From an uncultured Pelagibacteraceae bacterium (GTDB taxonomy: Bacteria > Pseudomonadota > Alphaproteobacteria > Pelagibacterales > Pelagibacteraceae): DNA of 64,000 nt. The stretch is from assembly GCA_902573065.1 (NCBI GenBank), contig CACGHX010000001.1:23564-87563 (forward strand), given 5' to 3'. Every line of letters starts with the position of its first letter. Position 1 is the stretch's first letter. Of this stretch, positions 19,492 through 30,273 are shown in pieces. Position numbers and translations under genes: made by a program. The notes under the pieces are model-generated. The model was not told where the DNA came from, made no database searches, and saw only the letters and a program-made list of their open reading frames with translations.

Positions 19492-20259
19492 ATGGAATCA
19501 AATATTAATAATCAAATATCTGTTGATATTCCAAATTATTCTGGCCCTCTTGAAACTCTTCTTGATCTAGCCAAAAAACAGAAAGTTGACTTAACACAAA
19601 TTTCAGTGACCAAATTAGCCGATGAGTTTTCTGATTATATAAAAAACTTTAAAGATAAAAATTTAGATTTAGCTTTCGAATATCTTCTAATGGCTACATG
19701 GCTTACTTACTTAAAATCTAGACTACTTTTACCAGAAGAGGATGATGATAATTTTAAAGCCTCAGAAATAGCTTTAAAACTTAAAATACAATTAAAAAAA
19801 CTCGAATTAATCAGATTATTATCTGATGAATTGTTAAAAAGAAAAAGGGTAGGGAGAGATATTTTTTACAGGGGAACAAAGGGAGGTATAAGATCAATTA
19901 AAAATCCAGTTTATAAAGTTACTTTGTATGAGCTTTTAAAAGCGTATTCTCAAGTAAAAAATCAATCTATATTTCAAAAAATTGATATACCTAAATTACC
20001 AGTAATGACGACACAAGAAGGTATTAAACAAATTAAAGATAATATGAATATCATTGAAGATTGGAAAAAGATAAATGAATTAATACCTGAAGCTTTTAAT
20101 AAATCAGTAAAATCAAAAAAAAGCGGTCTTGCCTCAATCTTTACCGCAAGTTTGGAGTTAACCAAGGATGGTATTATTAATATTATGCAAGAAAAATTAT
20201 TTAGTGATATTTTGATTAAAAAATCTTCTCATACCCCATTGAGGTTAAAAACTAAATAA
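19492..20259 (+). CDS. scpA: segregation and condensation protein A
   Basis: 255 aa. YSGPLETLLDLAKKQKVDLTQISVTKLADEF is the ScpA N-terminal signature, and the gene sits immediately upstream of scpB. Confidence 0.85.
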   Translation: MESNINNQISVDIPNYSGPLETLLDLAKKQKVDLTQISVTKLADEFSDYIKNFKDKNLDLAFEYLLMATWLTYLKSRLLLPEEDDDNFKASEIALKLKIQLKKLELIRLLSDELLKRKRVGRDIFYRGTKGGIRSIKNPVYKVTLYELLKAYSQVKNQSIFQKIDIPKLPVMTTQEGIKQIKDNMNIIEDWKKINELIPEAFNKSVKSKKSGLASIFTASLELTKDGIINIMQEKLFSDILIKKSSHTPLRLKTK

Positions 20260-20264
20260 AATTT

Positions 20265-20951
20265 ATGAAAAAAGATAAAGAACATAACATCATCAATTTT
20301 CCTCAAAAAAAAACTAAACTCGAAAAAGAAGTAGAGGCAATTATATTTGCTGCTGAAGAACCCCTTGATGTAGAAACCATAGAAGAAAGAATTGGTACTA
20401 GAAGCAATATAAAAAAAATACTAGAAAATTTACAAAATGAGTATGCAAATAGAGGTATAAATTTAGTATGTGTTTCCAATAAGTGGATTTTTAGAACTGC
20501 TCTTGATGTTTCTAAACTTATGTCTTTGCAAAAGTCTCAACAAAAAAAACTATCAAAAGCTACTATTGAGACGTTGTCTATTATTGTTTACCATCAACCT
20601 GTGACAAGATCAGAAATAGAAGAAATAAGGGGTGTTGCTTTTGCATCAAATACTCTTGAAATTTTATTGGAGTTAGATTGGGTGAAACCTGCTGGTAGGA
20701 AAAATGTACCTGGAAAACCTATCCAATATGCAACAACTGAAAATTTTCTTAATCATTTTAATATTAAAAAATTGTCTGATCTTCCCACAGTAGACGAACT
20801 TTCATCAGCAGGCTTAATTGACCCTGGGTCTGTAGATTCATCAATTTTTGGAACAGGTAAATTCTTCAAGGAACAATCACAAGATAAGAAGGATAATATT
20901 TATTCTGAAGTAGATGATGTATTAAAACAAACTAATAAAATTGAAGAATAA
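20265..20951 (+). CDS. scpB: segregation and condensation protein B
   Basis: 228 aa. Motifs: EAIIFAAEEPL and LSKATIETLSIIVYHQPVTRSEIEEIRGV (winged-helix pair). Confidence 0.85.
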   Translation: MKKDKEHNIINFPQKKTKLEKEVEAIIFAAEEPLDVETIEERIGTRSNIKKILENLQNEYANRGINLVCVSNKWIFRTALDVSKLMSLQKSQQKKLSKATIETLSIIVYHQPVTRSEIEEIRGVAFASNTLEILLELDWVKPAGRKNVPGKPIQYATTENFLNHFNIKKLSDLPTVDELSSAGLIDPGSVDSSIFGTGKFFKEQSQDKKDNIYSEVDDVLKQTNKIEE

Positions 20952-20991
20952 TTATATTTATTTAATTGATTTTTTTGTATAGAATATTCCT

Positions 20992-21189
20992 ATGGGAATA
21001 AGTTTTTGGCAAATAGCTATAGTAGTCGTATTAGTCGTTTTACTTTTTGGAAGAGGTAAAATTTCAAGTTTAATGGGTGATGTAGCTAAAGGAATTAAGA
21101 GTTTTAAAAAAGGAATGTCTTCAGATGATAACAATCAGTCAAATTTAGAAGACAAAAAAGACGAAGATTCTAATTCTCAAAATAAATAA
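20992..21189 (+). CDS. tatA: twin-arginine translocase subunit TatA
   Basis: 65 aa. It has one TM followed by the FG hinge ([27 protein letters not shown]). Confidence 0.85.
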   Translation: MGISFWQIAIVVVLVVLLFGRGKISSLMGDVAKGIKSFKKGMSSDDNNQSNLEDKKDEDSNSQNK

Positions 21190-21195
21190 TTATCA

Positions 21196-21420
21196 ATGCC
21201 ACAAATTGGATGGTTTGAATTACTAATAGTTGTTTTAGTAGCTATTTTAGTAATTGGTCCAAAAGACTTTCCAATTGTATTAAAAAAAGTCGGTAGTTGG
21301 ATTGGCACAACCAAAAGATATTTTTCCGATATTCAAAATAAAGTTAATCAATCTATAGACGAAGAAGAAACAGTAGAAAAAAAATACTCAAAAAAGAACG
21401 AAAAAAATTCGGATGAATAA
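21196..21420 (+). CDS. tatB: twin-arginine translocase subunit TatB
   Basis: 74 aa. WFELLIVVLVAILVIGPKDFPIVLKKVGSWIG is the TatB-type GP hinge. The gene lies between tatA and tatC. Confidence 0.75.
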   Translation: MPQIGWFELLIVVLVAILVIGPKDFPIVLKKVGSWIGTTKRYFSDIQNKVNQSIDEEETVEKKYSKKNEKNSDE

Positions 21421-22174
21421 AAATAATAACGATCAAAATACTATTACAGGACATCTGACAGAATTAAGATCAAGATTAATTAAATCTTTAATATTTGTTT
21501 TTATAATATTTATTTTTGGTTATATTTTTGCAGAATATATTTATAGTTTTTTACTTGAACCTTATGCTAAGGCTGTAAAAAATGATGGTATAGAGAGAAG
21601 ATTAATATTCACTGCATTGCATGAAACGTTTATAACGTATTTAAAACTTGCTTTCTTCGTAGCACTTTTACTTGGAAGTCCAATTTTTTTAACACAGATG
21701 TGGAAATTTATTGCTCCAGGTCTTTATAAAAATGAAAAAAAAGCATTACTACCTTATCTTATTGCTACTCCAATACTTTTTTTATTAGGTGGTATGCTCG
21801 TTTATTATTTAGTTATGCCTTTAGCCATTAAGTTTTTTTTAACTTTTGAAACGACTGGTCAAATTAACAATCTCCCTATTCAACTAGAAGCAAAAGTTAA
21901 TGAATATCTTTCATTAATAATGAGATTAATCTTTGCATTTGGTTTAAGTTTTCAACTTCCGGTATTATTAAATTTATTAGCTAGAGTTGGAGCTATAGAT
22001 TCTAAGTATTTAAAAGAACGAAGAAGGTACTTTATAGTAATCATTTTTGCAGCTGCAGCTATTCTTACGCCACCTGATCCAATCACTCAAATTGGTTTGG
22101 CAATACCGTTATTGATACTATATGAATTATCTATATTATCAGTGAAACTTACGGAAAAGAAAAATAATGCATAA
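21413..22174 (+). CDS. tatC: twin-arginine translocase subunit TatC
   Basis: 253 aa with six TM. Motifs: HLTELRSRLIKSL, FIAPGLYKNEKK, LTPPDPITQ. Confidence 0.95.
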   Translation: MNKNNNDQNTITGHLTELRSRLIKSLIFVFIIFIFGYIFAEYIYSFLLEPYAKAVKNDGIERRLIFTALHETFITYLKLAFFVALLLGSPIFLTQMWKFIAPGLYKNEKKALLPYLIATPILFLLGGMLVYYLVMPLAIKFFLTFETTGQINNLPIQLEAKVNEYLSLIMRLIFAFGLSFQLPVLLNLLARVGAIDSKYLKERRRYFIVIIFAAAAILTPPDPITQIGLAIPLLILYELSILSVKLTEKKNNA

Positions 22175-23414
22175 TATTAAACTCTTAAGAGAAAAACCTG
22201 ATTTTTTTAAAAAAAAGTTTCAGGATAGAAACATAAAATTAAATATAGACGAATTATTAAATTTAGATAAAAAAAATAGAGAAATAATAAACAAAAAAGA
22301 AAAATTAGAACAAGAGAGGAAAATTATCTCTAAAAATAAAGATGAGGAAAAGTTTAAAAAATCAAAACAAATTTCAAATGAAATTAAGAAATTAGAAGCT
22401 GATATAGGAGTATTAAAAGTAAGTATAAATAAAATATTACATTTTCTTCCCAATATAGCTCTTGATGATGTTCCAATTGGATCAGATGAAAAATTTAACA
22501 AGGAATTAAGAAAAGTTGGCAAGATCCCTAATTTTAAATTTAAACCTAAATCTCATTATGAAATAGGAAAAAACTTAAATTTAATGGATTTTGATGTGGC
22601 AGCTAGAACTTCAGGAGCAAGATTTGTGTTTTTGAAAGGTAATTTAGCAAAGCTTGAAAGGGCGATATCTGATTTTATGCTTGATACACATACAAAAAAA
22701 TTTGATTATCTTGAAATTTCACCACCGTTAATAGCCTCTTCCGATGCTATGTTTGGTACAGGCCAATTACCTAAATTTGAAAATGATCAATTTGAAATTA
22801 AATTTGATGAAGAAAAAAATAGAAAATTTTTAATTCCAACAGCTGAAGTAATCTTAACTAACATGATAAGAGAAAAACAATTATTATATGAGGAATTACC
22901 ATTAAGATTTGTTGCTTCTACAGCTTGTTTTAGAAAAGAAGCTGGTAGCTATGGTAAAGATACAAAAGGAATGTTGAGACAACACCAATTTTATAAAGTT
23001 GAACTAGTAAGTATAGTTGAACCCGACAAGTGTAATGAAGAATTGAATAGAATGACTTCATGCGCCGAATATATTCTTAAAGAATTAAAGTTACCCTACA
23101 GATCTATGATGCTTTCCTCTGGCGATATGGGTTTTAGCGCTGAAAAAACAATTGATTTAGAAGTTTGGATACCGTCTGAAAAAAATTATAGAGAAATTTC
23201 AAGCTGTTCTTCGTGTGGACAATTTCAGTCCAGAAGAATGAAAACCAAATTTAAAAAAAAGGATCAAACAGATTTTCCTTGTACTCTTAATGGTTCTGGT
23301 TTGGCAGTAGGTAGAACTCTTATAGCAATAATGGAAAATTACCAGGATTCAGATGGCAGAGTGGTTATTCCTGACGTGCTAAGACCATACATGAATGATT
23401 TAGATAAAATTTAG
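22167..23414 (+). CDS. serS: seryl-tRNA synthetase
   Basis: 415 aa. It has the N-terminal coiled-coil arm and class II motifs (FRKEAGSYGKDTKGMLRQHQFYKVE; GSGLAVGRTLIAIMENYQ). Confidence 0.95.
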   Translation: MHNIKLLREKPDFFKKKFQDRNIKLNIDELLNLDKKNREIINKKEKLEQERKIISKNKDEEKFKKSKQISNEIKKLEADIGVLKVSINKILHFLPNIALDDVPIGSDEKFNKELRKVGKIPNFKFKPKSHYEIGKNLNLMDFDVAARTSGARFVFLKGNLAKLERAISDFMLDTHTKKFDYLEISPPLIASSDAMFGTGQLPKFENDQFEIKFDEEKNRKFLIPTAEVILTNMIREKQLLYEELPLRFVASTACFRKEAGSYGKDTKGMLRQHQFYKVELVSIVEPDKCNEELNRMTSCAEYILKELKLPYRSMMLSSGDMGFSAEKTIDLEVWIPSEKNYREISSCSSCGQFQSRRMKTKFKKKDQTDFPCTLNGSGLAVGRTLIAIMENYQDSDGRVVIPDVLRPYMNDLDKI

Positions 23415-23473
23415 CAATTATTGTTAAAATTTGGTTGTCTAAATAATATTATTAATATATTTATTCTTACATT

Positions 23474-23761
23474 ATGAGTTCAAATTTTGCACAATTTATA
23501 CCACTTATACTAATATTTGTTATTTTCTATTTTTTCTTAATAAGACCTCAACAAAAGAAAGTAAGAGAACACAAAACAATGACTCAAAACTTAAAAAGAG
23601 GAGACGAGGTTATAACATCAGGTGGTATAATTGGGACTGTAGACAGAGTTTTTGAAGATGATCGTATAGAGCTAAATATTTCTGAAGGGGTAAAAGTACA
23701 AGTAATCAAGAATACAATACAGGGTCACCTAAAAAAAGAGACAAAAGAGACAAAAAAATAA
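23474..23761 (+). CDS. yajC: preprotein translocase subunit YajC
   Basis: 95 aa. It has a single TM, then FYFFLIRPQQKK and GDEVITSGGIIGTV. Confidence 0.9.
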   Translation: MSSNFAQFIPLILIFVIFYFFLIRPQQKKVREHKTMTQNLKRGDEVITSGGIIGTVDRVFEDDRIELNISEGVKVQVIKNTIQGHLKKETKETKK

Positions 23762-23768
23762 ACTTTTT

Positions 23769-25322
23769 GTGTTAAATTTTTCAAAGATAAAAATAATATT
23801 AATCTATTTTTCCTTTATAGTGATAAGTTTATTTTGTTACTCTAATTTTTCAGACTCTGAAAATATTTTTTTAAAAAAAAAAATTAATCTTGGTCTTGAT
23901 TTGCAAGGTGGATCATATCTTCTTTTAGAAGTTGATAGTACACCACTTCAAAATAGACAGATACAATCAAAAGTTATTCCACTTAAAAAAAAACTTATCG
24001 AAAAAAAAATCACCTATAAAAACTTTAAAATAAAAAATAACCAGATAAGCTTTAATATATCTCAGAATGACAAAGAAAAATTTGATAATTTTTTCACCGA
24101 TAAAAATAATGATATAAATACCTTTTTAGATAAATACAGATCTTTTGAATTAGAATATAATTTAGTTAATAATCAAATCATAATCGGTCTATCAAAAAAT
24201 GGGATAATTAACTTAAATACATCTGCTGTAGATCAATCAATTGAAATTGTTAGAAAAAGAATTGATGAAACTGGAACAAAAGAACCTTCAATAATAAAAC
24301 GAGGCAGTAATAGAATTTTAGTTGAATTACCCGGTGTAAAGGATCCTGAAAGAATAAAGGAACTTTTAGGAAAAACAGCTCAATTATCTTTTAGATTAGT
24401 AACAGATAACAAAACAGAATTTGGTAATGAAATTTTTATTTTAACTGATACACAAGAAAAAATATCAGTAAGCAAGAGAATTATTTTAACTGGTGATAAT
24501 TTAATTGATGCTAACCCTAAGTACGATAACATAAATCAAGAACCAATTGTTGCATTTACTCTTAATAGACTCGGATCCCAAAGATTTGGACAAGCAACAA
24601 GCAAAAATATTGGCAAAAGAATTGCAATTATTTTGGATAATGAAGCTATAAGCGCACCTGTAATAAGAGATTCAATAACTGGTGGACAAGGAACTATTTC
24701 AGGAAATTTTACTTTTCAAACCGCTACAGATCTTGCTTTACTTTTACGCTCTGGTGCCCTACCAGCGCCTTTATCTGTTGTTGAAGAGAGAACAGTAGGA
24801 CCAGATTTAGGACAAGACTCTATAGATGCTGGAGTTCTATCTTTAATTATTGGGTTTATTTTGGTGATAGTTTTTATGATAATTAAATATCGTTTTTTTG
24901 GCCTTATAGCTAATATTTCATTAATATCTAATCTTTTCATGTTGATTGGTTTTCTAACTCTTTTAGAAGCTACACTTACTCTGCCTGGAATTGCTGGTAT
25001 AATTTTAACAGTAGGAATGGCCGTTGACGCAAATGTATTGATATTTGAAAGAATAAAAGAAGAATTAAATAAAAATTTAGGAAATAATATTCAAGCGTTT
25101 GATTTAGGATTTAAAAGATCAGTCGTCACTATTTTAGACGCAAATATTACAACTTTAATTGCATCAATCATACTTTTTATATTTGGCTCAGGCCCTGTAA
25201 AAGGTTTTGCTGTTACACTATCAATTGGATTAATTACAACATTATTTTCTGCATATTTTATTTCAAGACATTTAACATCAATAATAGTTTTGAAAAATAA
25301 AGACAAGAAACTTTTAATATGA
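23769..25322 (+). CDS. secD: protein translocase subunit SecD
   Basis: 517 aa. It has LGLDLQGGSYLLLEVD, a periplasmic domain and a C-terminal 6-TM block (GIILTVGMAVDANVLIFERIKEE). The start is GTG. Confidence 0.95.
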   Translation: MLNFSKIKIILIYFSFIVISLFCYSNFSDSENIFLKKKINLGLDLQGGSYLLLEVDSTPLQNRQIQSKVIPLKKKLIEKKITYKNFKIKNNQISFNISQNDKEKFDNFFTDKNNDINTFLDKYRSFELEYNLVNNQIIIGLSKNGIINLNTSAVDQSIEIVRKRIDETGTKEPSIIKRGSNRILVELPGVKDPERIKELLGKTAQLSFRLVTDNKTEFGNEIFILTDTQEKISVSKRIILTGDNLIDANPKYDNINQEPIVAFTLNRLGSQRFGQATSKNIGKRIAIILDNEAISAPVIRDSITGGQGTISGNFTFQTATDLALLLRSGALPAPLSVVEERTVGPDLGQDSIDAGVLSLIIGFILVIVFMIIKYRFFGLIANISLISNLFMLIGFLTLLEATLTLPGIAGIILTVGMAVDANVLIFERIKEELNKNLGNNIQAFDLGFKRSVVTILDANITTLIASIILFIFGSGPVKGFAVTLSIGLITTLFSAYFISRHLTSIIVLKNKDKKLLI

Positions 25323-26227
25323 AAAAATTGTACAACTTTAATTTTGTATCTAAATTTAAAATTGCTAATTTAGCTTCAATTTTTATAACACTTATCAGTT
25401 TGATTTTAATATCCTTTAAGGGGTTAAATTATGGAATTGATTTTAAGGGTGGTACACTTATAGAATTAAGAGTTGAGTCTGATAAAATTACAATCAGTGA
25501 TATTCGTTCTGCTTTTTCAAATATGAATTTAGGTGATTTAAACGTGAAAGAGTTTGGAAAAAAGGGTGATTATTTAATAAAATTTGAAAAAAAAGAATTT
25601 AATCAAAATAATAATATTAAAACAATTAAAGAAAATGTTGTAAGTAAACTAGGTATAGATGCAAATTTTAGACGTATAGAAAACGTTGGCCCGAAAGTCA
25701 GCGCTGAATTGTTAAATTCTGGGTTATTGGCGATAAGTTTAGCATTGGGAGCGATGCTTTTTTATATCTGGGTCAGATTTGAATGGCAATTTAGTCTTGG
25801 TTCAATTACTGCAATTTTTCATGATGTCCTAATTACTTTAGGAATTTTCTCTTTACTATCTCTTGAAGTTAATCTTTCAATAGTTGCGGCCGTACTTACG
25901 ATTGTTGGATACTCAATGAATGATACTGTTGTTATATATGATCGTATTAGGGAAAATTTATCTAAGTATTCGTCTAGCTCGATAGAGGACATTTCAAATA
26001 CCTCGATAAATGAAACATTATCAAGAACAATTATCACGTCAGTTACAACCTTATTGGCACTAGGATCAATTTTTGTCTTAGGTGGTGAAATTTTAAAAGG
26101 CTTTTCATTAGCCATGATTATAGGTGTAATTATTGGAACATATTCTTCTATATTTGTAGCTTCGCCAATATTAAAATATTTGAAAGTAAGTTATAAATCT
26201 ATTGCTAAAGAAGAAGAAAAAAATTAA
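25319..26227 (+). CDS. secF: protein translocase subunit SecF
   Basis: 302 aa. Motifs: GIDFKGGTLIELR and VGYSMNDTVVIYDRIREN. Confidence 0.95.
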   Translation: MKKLYNFNFVSKFKIANLASIFITLISLILISFKGLNYGIDFKGGTLIELRVESDKITISDIRSAFSNMNLGDLNVKEFGKKGDYLIKFEKKEFNQNNNIKTIKENVVSKLGIDANFRRIENVGPKVSAELLNSGLLAISLALGAMLFYIWVRFEWQFSLGSITAIFHDVLITLGIFSLLSLEVNLSIVAAVLTIVGYSMNDTVVIYDRIRENLSKYSSSSIEDISNTSINETLSRTIITSVTTLLALGSIFVLGGEILKGFSLAMIIGVIIGTYSSIFVASPILKYLKVSYKSIAKEEEKN

Positions 26228-26823
26228 TAAAGATTTTGAGCTATAACCATTGTCATAAGCATCGGCAATGACAATAATGTATTAACTCGAGATGTTATAA
26301 CCGCAGTTTTTGCGTGTTTAGGTTTATCCTCTGGAGCGCAATCAACAATACCAAGAACTTTTTTTTGGTTAGGCCAAATTATAAACCAGACGTTAAAAGC
26401 CATAATTATTCCAAGCCACATCCCAATTCCAATAGCTGTATTTTTTCCACCACTTCCAATTCCTAGTATCATTGCGTCGTGAACATAACCATTTAAATAA
26501 GCAACAATTAAACCAGTTACTATTGTTGCTAATGCTGCCCACCTAAAATAAAACAAAACAGCAGGCGCAATTATTTTTGTAATCGCAGGTTTTTGTTCAT
26601 CTGTAAATTTTGGCATATTTGGAATTTGAACAAAATTTAAGTACCATAGTAATCCTATCCACATTATACCAACAACAACATGTAAATATCTAAACAACCA
26701 ACTCCAAAATAATCTATCAAACGCCCAATCTCCACCAGCAAAGAAAAGTCCTACAAATAACAAGATGGCTAAAATAGCTGAGAGGTGAATTGTTTTAGAT
26801 AAAGATTGTAAAATATTAACCAT
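26224..26823 (-). CDS. conserved polytopic membrane protein, resembling the membrane domain of urate hydroxylase PuuD-type proteins
   Basis: 199 aa, about 5 TM. The motif RYLHVVVGIMWIGLLWYLNFVQ resembles the R-W-x-H-V-x3-I-x-W-I-G-x2-F-Y-F motif I recall from the PuuD/DUF-type membrane domain. No cytochrome c CxxCH domain is present. Function is uncertain. Confidence 0.4.
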   Translation of the reverse strand: MVNILQSLSKTIHLSAILAILLFVGLFFAGGDWAFDRLFWSWLFRYLHVVVGIMWIGLLWYLNFVQIPNMPKFTDEQKPAITKIIAPAVLFYFRWAALATIVTGLIVAYLNGYVHDAMILGIGSGGKNTAIGIGMWLGIIMAFNVWFIIWPNQKKVLGIVDCAPEDKPKHAKTAVITSRVNTLLSLPMLMTMVIAQNLY

Positions 26824-26849
26824 AATTTACTATACCACAAAAACTTATT

Positions 26850-29726
26850 TTATGCAGTTTTTTTCATTTTACCATTAATTAAATTCTTAAGGAATTTACC
26901 CGTATAACTGTTATCAACTGTTGCTACTTTTTCAGGGGAGCCCTCAGCAATCACTTTTCCACCTTCAGCACCACCTTCGGGACCCATATCTATAATCCAA
27001 TCAGCAGTTTTTATTACATCTAGATTATGTTCAATTACAACTACAGTATTACCTGTGTTTACAAATGCTTGTAAGATTTCAAGCAATTTTTTTATATCAT
27101 GTGTGTGTAAGCCAGTTGTTGGCTCATCAAGTATATAAAGTGTTCTACCAGTAGATCTTTTTGACAGTTCTTTAGCTAATTTAATTCTTTGTGCTTCACC
27201 CCCTGATAGAGTAGTCGCTTGTTGTCCAATTTTAATATATCCCAACCCAACATGCTTTAATGTTAGTAGTTTTGAGTGCACTGTAGGAATATTTTCAAAA
27301 AAATTACAGCCCTCTTCAACTGTCATATCTAAAACTTCTGCTATATTTTTATTTTTAAATTTTATCTCCAAAGTTTCTCTATTGTATCTGCTGCCTTTAC
27401 AAGCATCGCATGGTATATAAACATCAGGTAAAAAATGCATTTCATATGTTATTACACCATCACCCTCACAAGTTTCACATCTTCCACCTCTAACGTTGAA
27501 AGAATATCTTCCTGGTTTATACCCACGAGTTTTTGAGTCAGGAAGATTAGCAAACCAATCTCTTATAGGACCAAATGCACCTGTATAAGTAGCTGGATTT
27601 GATCTTGGTGTTCTACCTATTGGAGATTGATCAATATCAATTACTTTGTCAATTAACTCGATACCCTTATAACCTTTGAAAGGTTTTGGTAATTTTCTTG
27701 ATTTATTCTTGTTTAGTGACAAATTAAGTGCATTATACAAAGTTTGTAAAACTAAAGTTGATTTTCCACTTCCTGATACTCCAGTAACACATGTAAATGT
27801 TCCTGTTGGAATTTTAAGATTTGCATTTTGTAGATTATTTCCTGTGGCTCCTAGTATTTCTAAATATCTACCATTTTTAGCCGTTCTTCTTTTTCTTGGC
27901 AAAGCAATAAATTTTTTACCAGATAAATAATTTCCTGTAATACTATTCTCTGTATTTATAATATCTTTTAAATTACCTTGTGCAGTAATTTGTCCACCAT
28001 TTAAACCAGCTTCAGGACCAAGATCAATAATATGATCTGCATTTTCCATTGTCTCTGTATCATGCTCAACAACTATGACTGTGTTACCTAAATCTCTAAG
28101 TTTTTTTAATGCGGCAATTAACTTTTTGTTATCTCTTTGATGAAGACCAATTGAAGGTTCATCTAAGACGTATAGAACGCCAGTTAATCCAGAACCAATC
28201 TGTGAAGCTAATCTTATTCTTTGTGATTCTCCGCCGGAAAGCGTTCCAGATTCTCTTGATAAGGTTAAATAATTTAGACCAACATTTAATAAAAAATTTA
28301 ATCTCTCATTAATTTCCTTAAGGATATGTTGCGCAATTTTTTTCTCTCTAGAAGATAGAATATTTTCAAGATTTGCAAACCATTTTTGAGAGTCCTCAAT
28401 AGAAAACTTTGTAATTTCACTTATGTTTAGTTTGTTAATTTTTACACATAATGCTTCTTCTTTGAGCCTCATTCCATTACATTTTTCACAACTACTTTCA
28501 CTTTGATATTGTGCAATTTCATCTCTTTTCCAATCACTATCTGTTTCTAAATATCTTCGCTCAAGATTATTTATTACTCCCTCAAAAGTCTTTTTAGTGT
28601 CATATTTTTCATATCCATCGTCATAGTAAAACTTTATTTCTTCATCATCTGAACCGTAAAGAATTATATCTTGATATTTTTTTGGTAATTTTTTCCACTT
28701 AGTATCCAAGGAAAATTTATAATGTTTTGCAATAGAAGATAATGTTTGGGCGTAATACATCGAGGTAGATTTTGCCCAAGGCTCAATAGCTCCATCTGCA
28801 ATAGTTTTATTTTTATCTGATACCACTAAATTTGGGTCAACATTTAAATTATGTCCTATACCCTCACACTCCTCACAAGCTCCAAAAGGGCTATTAAATG
28901 AAAATAATCTTGGTTCAATTTCCTCAATTGTAAAACCACTTTCTGGACATGAGAATTTGGATGAAAATAAAATACTTTCTTTTTTTCTAAATTTTTTCGG
29001 CAAAGTCTCATTTTCATATTCGGCTATAAGTAAACCGTTTGATAGATTTAGAGCAGTTTCTATGCTGTCAGCTAATCTATTGCCTAATTTTGAGTTTAAA
29101 ACTATTCTATCAACAACAATAGAAATATCATGTTTTACTTTTTTATTTAAGTCCGGAAAATCATTAATATCAAAATATTTCCCATCGACTTTAATTTTTT
29201 GAAATCCTCTTTTCTTATAATTTAAAATGTCTTTTTTGTATTCACCTTTTCTACCTCTAACTACAGGTGCCAATAAAAATATTGTGCAATTTTTTGGTAA
29301 AGCTTTTACTTTATCTACCATTTCACTCACAGACTGTGATACAATAGGTTTTCCTGTAAAAGGTGAATAGGGTATACCAACTCTTGCAAACAATACCCTC
29401 ATGTAATCGTAAATTTCCGTTACAGTAGCCACAGTAGATCTTGGATTTTTTGGAGCATTTTTTTGCTCAATTGAAATTGCGGGGCTTAGCCCCTCAATTA
29501 GGTCAACATTTGGTTTTTTCATCTTATCTAAGAATTGTCTTGCGTACGCAGACAAACTTTCAACATACCGTCTTTGTCCTTCTGCGTATATTGTGTCAAA
29601 AGCCAGTGATGATTTTCCGGATCCAGAAAGACCCGTTATGACTATAATTTTCTCCTTAGGAATTTCTAAAGAAACATTTTTTAAATTGTGTTCTTTAGCC
29701 CCTTTTATCAATATTTTTTTAAGCAT
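26850..29726 (-). CDS. uvrA: excinuclease ABC subunit A
   Basis: 958 aa. It has two ABC modules ([12 protein letters not shown]; [11 protein letters not shown]; two LSGGE signatures) and CxxC zinc modules ([20 protein letters not shown]). Confidence 0.97.
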   Translation of the reverse strand: MLKKILIKGAKEHNLKNVSLEIPKEKIIVITGLSGSGKSSLAFDTIYAEGQRRYVESLSAYARQFLDKMKKPNVDLIEGLSPAISIEQKNAPKNPRSTVATVTEIYDYMRVLFARVGIPYSPFTGKPIVSQSVSEMVDKVKALPKNCTIFLLAPVVRGRKGEYKKDILNYKKRGFQKIKVDGKYFDINDFPDLNKKVKHDISIVVDRIVLNSKLGNRLADSIETALNLSNGLLIAEYENETLPKKFRKKESILFSSKFSCPESGFTIEEIEPRLFSFNSPFGACEECEGIGHNLNVDPNLVVSDKNKTIADGAIEPWAKSTSMYYAQTLSSIAKHYKFSLDTKWKKLPKKYQDIILYGSDDEEIKFYYDDGYEKYDTKKTFEGVINNLERRYLETDSDWKRDEIAQYQSESSCEKCNGMRLKEEALCVKINKLNISEITKFSIEDSQKWFANLENILSSREKKIAQHILKEINERLNFLLNVGLNYLTLSRESGTLSGGESQRIRLASQIGSGLTGVLYVLDEPSIGLHQRDNKKLIAALKKLRDLGNTVIVVEHDTETMENADHIIDLGPEAGLNGGQITAQGNLKDIINTENSITGNYLSGKKFIALPRKRRTAKNGRYLEILGATGNNLQNANLKIPTGTFTCVTGVSGSGKSTLVLQTLYNALNLSLNKNKSRKLPKPFKGYKGIELIDKVIDIDQSPIGRTPRSNPATYTGAFGPIRDWFANLPDSKTRGYKPGRYSFNVRGGRCETCEGDGVITYEMHFLPDVYIPCDACKGSRYNRETLEIKFKNKNIAEVLDMTVEEGCNFFENIPTVHSKLLTLKHVGLGYIKIGQQATTLSGGEAQRIKLAKELSKRSTGRTLYILDEPTTGLHTHDIKKLLEILQAFVNTGNTVVVIEHNLDVIKTADWIIDMGPEGGAEGGKVIAEGSPEKVATVDNSYTGKFLKNLINGKMKKTA

Positions 29727-29816
29727 ACTTTTTAACAGCCTGAATAGTTAGACCTTATAATTATCGTTAATTTATGGTATATTATATTTTATTCACTAAC
29801 AATAAACCTAAGAATT

Positions 29817-30269
29817 ATGTCAGGAAGTTTAAACAAGGTTCAAATAATAGGAAGACTGGGTGCCGACCCCGAAATCAAACAAATGGTTAACGGAAAAAAC
29901 GTCGCAAGGTTGAGTGTAGCTACTAGTCAAAGCTGGAAAGACAAGTCTAGTGGAGAGAAAAAAGAGAAGACTGAGTGGCATAGAGTCGTAATATTTAACG
30001 AGGGTTTAGTAAATATTGTACAACAATATCTAAAAAAAGGAGCAAACGTCTATCTTGAAGGTCAACTAAGTACTAGAAAATGGAGAGATGAAAAATCTGG
30101 ACAGGATAAATATTCAACAGAGATAGTTCTTCAAGGGTATAATTCCTCTTTAACAATGTTAGGAGGAAAGAATGTATCAAATAATAGTCAGCCTTCTCAG
30201 GAAAGTTCTCTTCCAAACGATCAAATGTCACAAGATAATTCTGATCTTGATGATGAAATTCCTTTTTAA
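29817..30269 (+). CDS. ssb: single-stranded DNA-binding protein
   Basis: 150 aa. It has an OB fold (LNKVQIIGRLGADPE, TEWHRVVIF) and the acidic tail DLDDEIPF. Confidence 0.95.
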   Translation: MSGSLNKVQIIGRLGADPEIKQMVNGKNVARLSVATSQSWKDKSSGEKKEKTEWHRVVIFNEGLVNIVQQYLKKGANVYLEGQLSTRKWRDEKSGQDKYSTEIVLQGYNSSLTMLGGKNVSNNSQPSQESSLPNDQMSQDNSDLDDEIPF

Positions 30270-30273
30270 TTAA

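Noticed and set aside
29727-29816. An SOS/LexA operator in the divergent uvrA-ssb promoter region.
   Set aside because: Neither the alphaproteobacterial GTTC-N7-GTTC (GAAC-N7-GAAC) motif nor a CTG-N10-CAG motif is present in the 90-bp spacer.
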